36,769 nucleotides of DNA, taken from Stramenopiles sp. TOSAG23-3. Taxonomy: Eukaryota. Positions 30,246 through 36,769 of this stretch are shown here, one piece after another; position 1 is the first letter of the stretch; every line of letters begins with the position of its first letter. Position numbers and translations under genes: made by a program. Below the pieces are notes generated by a model, which had not been told where the DNA came from, searched no databases, and saw only the letters and a program-made list of their open reading frames with translations. The stretch is taken from contig LT642195.1 of the NCBI GenBank assembly GCA_900128585.1, positions 1-36,769 on the forward strand. The letters run 5' to 3'.

Positions 30246-31654
30246 AGCAATAAGTGTAATTAAAAACATAATAATTTGTTTTTTTAATAAAAAAAATAAG
30301 ATAACAATAATACTGTACCAGCAGCCGTTATTTTTGTTCTACGTTGGTAATAGTTTGTTCAAGGACATCGCTATAGTTTTAAATGTAGGGTTTAAAATAC
30401 TATTTTTTTTTTGATTTTTTGATGATCAAATTTTTAAAATGTACTGGTGTTGCTTTTCATGATTTCTTTATTATTATTTTTTATTATTTTTTTCGTAGCT
30501 TAAATAAAAAGAAGCTTCCTTTCGAAATTCTTCCAGTTCCTTCCTCATTCATATTCCTTGCTGTGTTCTGTTTCTATTTTATTGTTATTTTATTGTACAT
30601 GTATAGCTATATGGTATATTTATATTATACCTCCTGTATTATAAGAAGAAATTTAGAATATTTAATTGTTGTTGTTGAGAAGAAGAAATTTGGCGGAGGA
30701 GGGAGGAATTTTTAAAAATTATAATTTATTTGAATGTGTGGTGCCTATTACCTATTATCATCTAATTTTTTTAATTTTCTTTGCTATGACTATGTATATG
30801 TTCCACCAGGCACACACACCGCCAGTATTGAACACAAATGGTACCTCTGGGCTATCCCTATTGTATTTACCTGTTTTGTTTTTAATTCAGATTACTACGT
30901 GCGTAAACGTAAATAGAGGGACACAACATATAAATGCTTTTAATTAATAATCTTTTGGATATTTTACCCCCCAAAATTGATCTTCAAATAGAAAATATTT
31001 AAAAGCATCATCAGCATACAATACAATAGAGAGGGCCAACAGTGCAAACACAGGGAAAGAAAATGGACACACACAACATCCTATGCTGTGTTCATATTGT
31101 TGAATAAATATTCCTAACTGATTCCAAAATAAAATAGAAGAATGAGGTACAATATTCATATATTTTATACAGGGCAATAGTGTGAGAAGGTGTAAAAAAG
31201 AAATTAATAGAAATGAAGAAATACTACACAGCATTCAAAAAAATAAAAATTAAAACACAGTTTTTTGAGTTACTATTGCAAAATGTGTGTACCCTATGCT
31301 ATTTCTATATTAATGTTTTTGTATTCCTATGTTTTTTACTCGATTCCCACACTACCTAATTGTACTTGGCACTTCTACTACCTGCATAACAGAGAAGAAA
31401 ATGTAACTTTTGTGTCCTGGCCCTGCACTCTCTCTCTAGTGTGATGTTCCCAAGGAGAAAAGTAATACATTTCAATGGCACCGGATAGAAGATTCCCTTT
31501 TCCGCAGATTAAAAAGAAGTAAAACCCAATTACCTCCCTTTCCCCTAAGATTCTAGTAAGTAGTTTGCCTTCACCTCGTTGCCCGTGTTCCAATCCTCTT
31601 CCGATACTTGAGCCCTTTCTAACAGTTGGTGTGTAACTTCAAACGCAGTTTAAC

Positions 31655-32263
31655 ATGTCATTTCTACGAGTGAGTGGTGGGCCTAAGATTCGTGCCCGTA
31701 CGGCCGCGAAAAAGAAAAAGAAGCGTGGTCGCAAGAAGTCCAAAGCGAAGAAGAAGGTCGTAAAGAAGAAGAAAAAGAAGAAGAGAAAGAAGGGAAAGAA
31801 GAAGGATCCCAACGCACCAAAACGGGCGCAATCGGCTTACTTTTTGTTCATGGGTGACGTCCGTGCACAAGTGAAAGCAGAGCACCCAGAGTACAATATT
31901 GGGCAGATTGCGCAGCATATAGGTGGCATGTGGCGCGAGTGCTCGGCCTCAAGGAAAGCTCCGTTTGAACGACAAGCCAAGAAGCTGAAGGAACAGTACC
32001 ACATTGACCGTGCAGCCTACCTGGAAGAAAAGAACGACCCGAACAAGCCGAAGCGTCCGCAATCTTCCTACTTCCTGTTCATGGGTTCCGTCCGTTCGAC
32101 TGTGAAAGCAGAGAACCCGCATTACACCATTGGGGAAATCGCAAAGCACATCGGTGCTATGTGGAAGCAACTCTCCGCCCGAGAACGTTCCCCATTTGAA
32201 CAGGAAGCTGTCAAATTGAAGGCGCAGTACTTGAGTGACATGGCCGCTTACAACGAAGACTAA
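31655..32263 (+). CDS. Tandem HMG-box protein (HMGB/NHP6-like) with a Lys-rich N-terminal tail
   Basis: Two boxes: KKDPNAPKRAQSAYFLFM...IGGMWRE and DPNKPKRPQSSYFLFM...IGAMWKQLS. Confidence 0.92.
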   Translation: MSFLRVSGGPKIRARTAAKKKKKRGRKKSKAKKKVVKKKKKKKRKKGKKKDPNAPKRAQSAYFLFMGDVRAQVKAEHPEYNIGQIAQHIGGMWRECSASRKAPFERQAKKLKEQYHIDRAAYLEEKNDPNKPKRPQSSYFLFMGSVRSTVKAENPHYTIGEIAKHIGAMWKQLSARERSPFEQEAVKLKAQYLSDMAAYNED

Positions 32264-32747
32264 AAGTTTCACTGGGATTGCCAATGGATGAACCAGTCGT
32301 CTAAGGAAACATCTCGAAGCGCGTGGCTGCTAATCGAGAACAAAATCTGGCGTGCGAACACATCCTTGTATGTTGATAGCCACCACATTTTATTGCATGG
32401 TTGTCTAAGAAAAATGGACCATAGAGTCAACATTTAACTCTGTGTGCTCATTGTTTTTAAATGGTCCGTATTATTATATAAATTAATTTTAATATTTTTT
32501 AAATTTTATTATTAAATTACTGTGGTGTGTGGTGTGTTGTTGTATATGTATTGATACCTATATTCCATATGTATACTAGATTACAAATATTTATAGTTAT
32601 TACAACTACTCTCTTCATCTTTATTCTTATTTTGTTTTTAACAGAATAATTCAGAAATTTAATGCTATGGTCCTATGCACTATGCTGTGTCAGCTTTATA
32701 AATACCATTTAGTGTTCTTCGGAAATTTGATTTTTATTTAGTGAATG

Positions 32748-32781
32748 TTTCAGCACATTTTTCAGCACATTTTTCAGCATT
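32748..32781. repeat. Roughly three tandem copies of a 12-bp unit (TTTCAGCACATT)
   Basis: tttcagcacatt tttcagcacatt tttcagcatt. Confidence 0.8.
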
Positions 32782-33126
32782 GCATCGCTATAAATACCGT
32801 ACGTAAATACACACAGTATAGCAATTATCACCAATTTTGCAAAAAAAAGAAGAAGAAGAAGAAGAAGAAGAAGAAGAGAAGTCCTTCCTTCCGTTCAGTT
32901 GTAGTGTGTACATTGTAGTAGCGTTGTGTGTAGACCCTTTTTTTTTATTATTATTATTATCAGTGAACAACTATATACAAATACGATTCGTTCTCCACAC
33001 CGTTCTTCGTTCCATTGCCATATCTATCTCTTTCGGGAAGCGTTTTTTCGTGGAAACAATGGAGTTATTGGACAGGTTCTTCCACCATTAGCACTTTCAA
33101 CATTTTTATCAATCTTCATCATCATT

Positions 33127-34296
33127 ATGCAATCAACTTTGCGCTTGGCCGCGTGTCTTTCCCTCGGGGCGTTACACGGTGCTGCCGCGGGATCGAATTG
33201 GGCCGTCGTCGATTCGCCAACCTTCGAAAGTAACAGCGTGTTGCTTCAGGTTGCATTCACAGATGACGGAAAGGTCGGGTATGCTGGTGCTGGAACACCC
33301 AGTTGTCCCGCGAGTGTCATCAAGTCCACGGACTCTGGAAAAACGTGGGACACTTTGTGGCCGCAGAACTGCTCGGCGATTGACTTTAACTTACTTCTCT
33401 CCACGGCTGTTAGAGACCCCACGCATGCCATTGTCGGTGGTGCGTTTTACCAAACTTGGACCAAGGATGGGAAACATATTTATCCAGCATTGAACAACTT
33501 TGGCACACCACCTCAGGATGCAGGGGTCATACCTGGCTCAGGGCAGTTCGCCCTTGTGTCAGGCAAAGAGAGCCGTGTCGGGGGCAACACCGTCGACGTG
33601 TCCGATAACGGTGAAAAGTATACGCGTATCCAAATTCCCGATACCGTGATGAACTCGACGGATTTCTTGGCAAGGTACGGCACTTTCCCCTCCAAAGATG
33701 TCTGGTACATTACGGCCGGTACGTTTGCCAATAGCGCGACGCCGCTGCAAAAGAGCAAACATTTTACCATCGACGAAAAGACCGCAACCGTCAGCTTTGA
33801 CGTCGATGAAAGCAACTCCAGCCCCTTTTCGGCCGGCATTGTCAAGACGACAGACGGTGGTACGACGTGGGAGTTGGTCTACAAAAACGACAACACTGGG
33901 GACAACATTTACCCCAACGGCATCGACTGCATCAGCGAGACGAACTGCGTCGCGGTGCTCGAAGGCGAGAGCGCGCGCATAATCGTCACTCGCGATGGCG
34001 GGAAAACGTGGAAAGAGACCATGCACGACGACGACCCAAAAAGCAGTTTGATGGCTGTGTCGATGATTTCTGAAAAAGAAGTCTGGGCTGCTGGGGGTCA
34101 CCCAGCTTTTCCCAAATTTGAAGGGCGTTTCTGGCATTCGTTGGACGGTGGGGAAACGTGGAAAAAGGAAGCATTCCCCGGGACATACATCGTTTCGTTG
34201 GATATGAATGGTGCAAAAGGCGGTTATGCTGTCGCCCTCACTGATACCAGCCCAGCGGGTTTAAAACTGTTCAAATACGCCCCTTCCTCGGACTAG
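33127..34296 (+). CDS. Secreted BNR/Asp-box repeat beta-propeller protein (Ycf48/sialidase-like fold)
   Basis: First ATG at 33127 gives signal peptide MQSTLRLAACLSLGALHGAAA. Asp-boxes KSTDSGKTW, VSDNGEKY, KTTDGGTTW, VTRDGGKTW, HSLDGGETW. Confidence 0.8.
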   Translation: MQSTLRLAACLSLGALHGAAAGSNWAVVDSPTFESNSVLLQVAFTDDGKVGYAGAGTPSCPASVIKSTDSGKTWDTLWPQNCSAIDFNLLLSTAVRDPTHAIVGGAFYQTWTKDGKHIYPALNNFGTPPQDAGVIPGSGQFALVSGKESRVGGNTVDVSDNGEKYTRIQIPDTVMNSTDFLARYGTFPSKDVWYITAGTFANSATPLQKSKHFTIDEKTATVSFDVDESNSSPFSAGIVKTTDGGTTWELVYKNDNTGDNIYPNGIDCISETNCVAVLEGESARIIVTRDGGKTWKETMHDDDPKSSLMAVSMISEKEVWAAGGHPAFPKFEGRFWHSLDGGETWKKEAFPGTYIVSLDMNGAKGGYAVALTDTSPAGLKLFKYAPSSD

Positions 34297-34919
34297 ATGA
34301 GCATTTCTACTAATTAATACTTGGTTGTTCATCTACACAATATTCAATTGTAACCCCATACTAAAATTAACAGGCACACAGGGCGACTTTATGACGATGT
34401 CGGGCAAACAATACGTATTCTTAGCTCTTCTTAAGCACAAATAACTATACCTTGTAGCCCTTTGCCTATGCCCTATAATATGTTTAATTCGACGATCATA
34501 ATAATAATAATAATAATATATTATTTTTTTATTCTTCACCACCACCACTCACTACTACTATATAATTTAAGATGTATATTATTATACCGGTAGGGGTGTG
34601 TGGTGGGTATGTATTATTATTATTTATTATTTTATTTTAATATTGTATTTTTTTTTATATTATAAAATTATTAAACTTCTTCTTCTTGCTTCGATTTCGT
34701 TGGTTGTTGGTACAAGAAAGAAGAAAAGTTGAATGATAGAGGTAAGCAACAATAATTGAAATGCATTTCAGCTTTTGATACCACTTGTCCACAGAAGAAA
34801 ACTTACACTGCACATTCTGAATATCATGGTAAGATAAACATTGTGGCAGAGGAATAAGTTTCGTGGTAAGTAGTTTTTTTTCTTCCGTTGTGTTGTTTGT
34901 TCAGCTTTGCGTCGTGACC

Positions 34920-35987
34920 ATGGCAGAGGTTGCTTCATTTTTCGTTGGTAAGGCCGACTTCCTCGTCGAGGGCTTCAAGCAGTTGGTAGAATCGGCACTG
35001 TATAAAAATGATAACATGGCCTTGATGGCGTTGGTTTCTTTTGCGTGTGTAATTTACCATTACTTTGTTCGAAGAGAGCGTGAAATTTACGTCGCACAAT
35101 TGTATTATTATCCCATCAAAGGCTGCCGCGGGACGAGAGTGTCCGAAGTAGAACTTTGCCCGACGGGGATCAAACACGACCGACGCTGGATGATTGTCAA
35201 CCATAAAGGGCACATGGTTACACAGCGCCAGATACCAAAAATTTGCCAAATATGCCCGCTGGTGCTTGACGATGGCGCTTTGCTCCTCAGAGCCCCTACG
35301 ATGTGGAGCGCCGTTTGCCCCTTGAAAGAGGACGGTCTTTCGATTGACGGGTTAAAAATCTGGGACGATGTAGTTGATGGGGCAGTGGATCAGGGGGATG
35401 ATGTCAGCGACTGGCTAAATGATTTTTTAGATACCGAGGGCTTGCGGCTCGTGTACATGACCAAACCGGATGCATGCACGCGAGTAATTCCAGAAAAGTA
35501 CAATAATCGCTCGATTCTAGGCAACGGCCCAGCAGTTGTCGGCTTTGCGGACGCCTTCGGTTACCTGCTGCTCGGTGTTGAGAGCCTGACGAATCTCAAC
35601 CTGCGTATTGTGAAGAAGGGCCAGGACCCTTTGCCAATGGAGCGTTTCCGCCCCAATATTGTAACGATTGGAGGCAAGCCCTTCGAGGAAGATACGTTTG
35701 AGCTGATAAAAATTGCCGACTGCACGTTTGCTGGGCTGAAACCTTGCACCCGCTGCATTGTAACCACTACCGACCAGGAAAGTGGAGACCAAGCGGGTAT
35801 ACGTGGAGAACCACTGGTTACATTCAGGAGTTTTCGGCAAGACCCGGACAATAAAAACAAAGTCTATTTCGGGGAAAATCTAAACCAAGTACTGTCGAAG
35901 GATAAGCAAGGGACCGATGAATCCACTGGGGTGTTGCGAGTGGGAGACAAAATCACTGTCGTTCGAAGAAAAGTTCCTCTCGTTTAA
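34920..35987 (+). CDS. MTARC: MOSC-domain molybdoprotein (mARC-like) with an N-terminal TM segment
   Basis: First ATG at 34920; LYYYPIKGCRG, DRRWMIV, FADAFGYLL, MERFRPNIV, KPCTRC, YFGENL, GVLRVGD. Confidence 0.88.
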   Translation: MAEVASFFVGKADFLVEGFKQLVESALYKNDNMALMALVSFACVIYHYFVRREREIYVAQLYYYPIKGCRGTRVSEVELCPTGIKHDRRWMIVNHKGHMVTQRQIPKICQICPLVLDDGALLLRAPTMWSAVCPLKEDGLSIDGLKIWDDVVDGAVDQGDDVSDWLNDFLDTEGLRLVYMTKPDACTRVIPEKYNNRSILGNGPAVVGFADAFGYLLLGVESLTNLNLRIVKKGQDPLPMERFRPNIVTIGGKPFEEDTFELIKIADCTFAGLKPCTRCIVTTTDQESGDQAGIRGEPLVTFRSFRQDPDNKNKVYFGENLNQVLSKDKQGTDESTGVLRVGDKITVVRRKVPLV

Positions 35988-36118
35988 TAATATTATTAAA
36001 TTTTATTTTGAAATTCGAAATATTATTATTCGCATGTTCGCATGACATTATTTAATTATAAAAGAAGTTTGTGTGGTTATATGATACCAAGTAGCGCAAG
36101 TACCGTACAATATATTTC

Positions 36119-36147
36119 AAAAGAAAGAAAGAAAGAAAGAAAGAAAG
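36119..36147. repeat. (AAAG)n microsatellite
   Basis: Read directly from the sequence. Confidence 0.85.
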
Positions 36148-36769
36148 AGATGGTTGAAGTATTTTGTAGTTTTGTAACGTAGAAAGTGAAAGAACACAAC
36201 CTCTGAGGCATCCCTGTGTAGCTGTTGATAGAAGAAGGAGAGGGCGATACTGAATGTTATAGCATAATATATGTACTTATTATACTGATTACACTACATG
36301 ATGTGAAACATCTAAATAACACAAATATACAACCGCTTAATTCCGAATTAGCCAATCTTGATGCTATTACCTTGTAACGTCTACAAGGAGCGACTAATAG
36401 TCTTCAAAGCTGACAGAAAAAAAATACAAACGGCGGGAAGTATTCGGGTTCGGGTCGGGGTTTGTGTTAGAATTAGGGTGATAAGAAAGGTTGAGGTTAA
36501 CGATAGTGTTTATGATAGGGTATATTGGCGGAGCTTTTTTTCATTTTATTATCTATATCATTGCAAAAAATAAATATTAAGGAAAGTATACATTTTGTGT
36601 TTAGTATTATTTCTTTTCTTCATAGAAATCAAATCCCCAACCGAACCGAACTTCATGAAAACACCATCCACAGTAATTATACAACCAACAGCCAACAGCC
36701 AACAACCCACAACAGTATAGTCTACGTAGGAAGTGCGGACGACTATATAGTTTAATGAATTAATTACGC

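Noticed and set aside
30250..31600. Long spacer with several short ORFs, possible decayed transposon
   Set aside because: No transposase, RT or integrase motifs and no terminal repeats detected by eye.
344..35987. Alternative genetic code
   Set aside because: TAA, TAG and TGA all terminate genes at plausible ends, and conserved genes have no internal stops.

Overview
Gene-dense eukaryotic nuclear DNA from a flagellated protist (RSPH3, a CFAP96-like gene, RRP9, NOMO, HMG-box protein, aprataxin). A stramenopile-like marine protist is plausible, but that is inference only. About 17 essentially intron-free, roughly GC-balanced CDSs are separated by very AT-rich, microsatellite-laden spacers, and there is one 159-N scaffold gap inside a (GAA)n tract. 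Main points of interest: (1) a perfect 79-bp inverted repeat (1-79 / 5786-5864) bracketing a 1438-aa secreted multi-domain glycan-modifying protein (SGNH + degenerate GT32 + GT10 + degenerate methyltransferase) and a DUF501 gene; (2) two conserved genes (CFAP96-like, aprataxin), each broken by +1 nt at a coding-strand poly-G run, and each also repairable by a tiny GT-AG intron (31 and 19 nt); (3) a GTACCGTAC/GTACGGTAC motif family that recurs in most long intergenic spacers; (4) several bacterial-type enzymes (WsaF-like GT4, YbhE-type lactonase, DUF501). No rRNA, tRNA, CRISPR array or transposase was recognised. All family calls come from motif recognition by eye, not from database searches.
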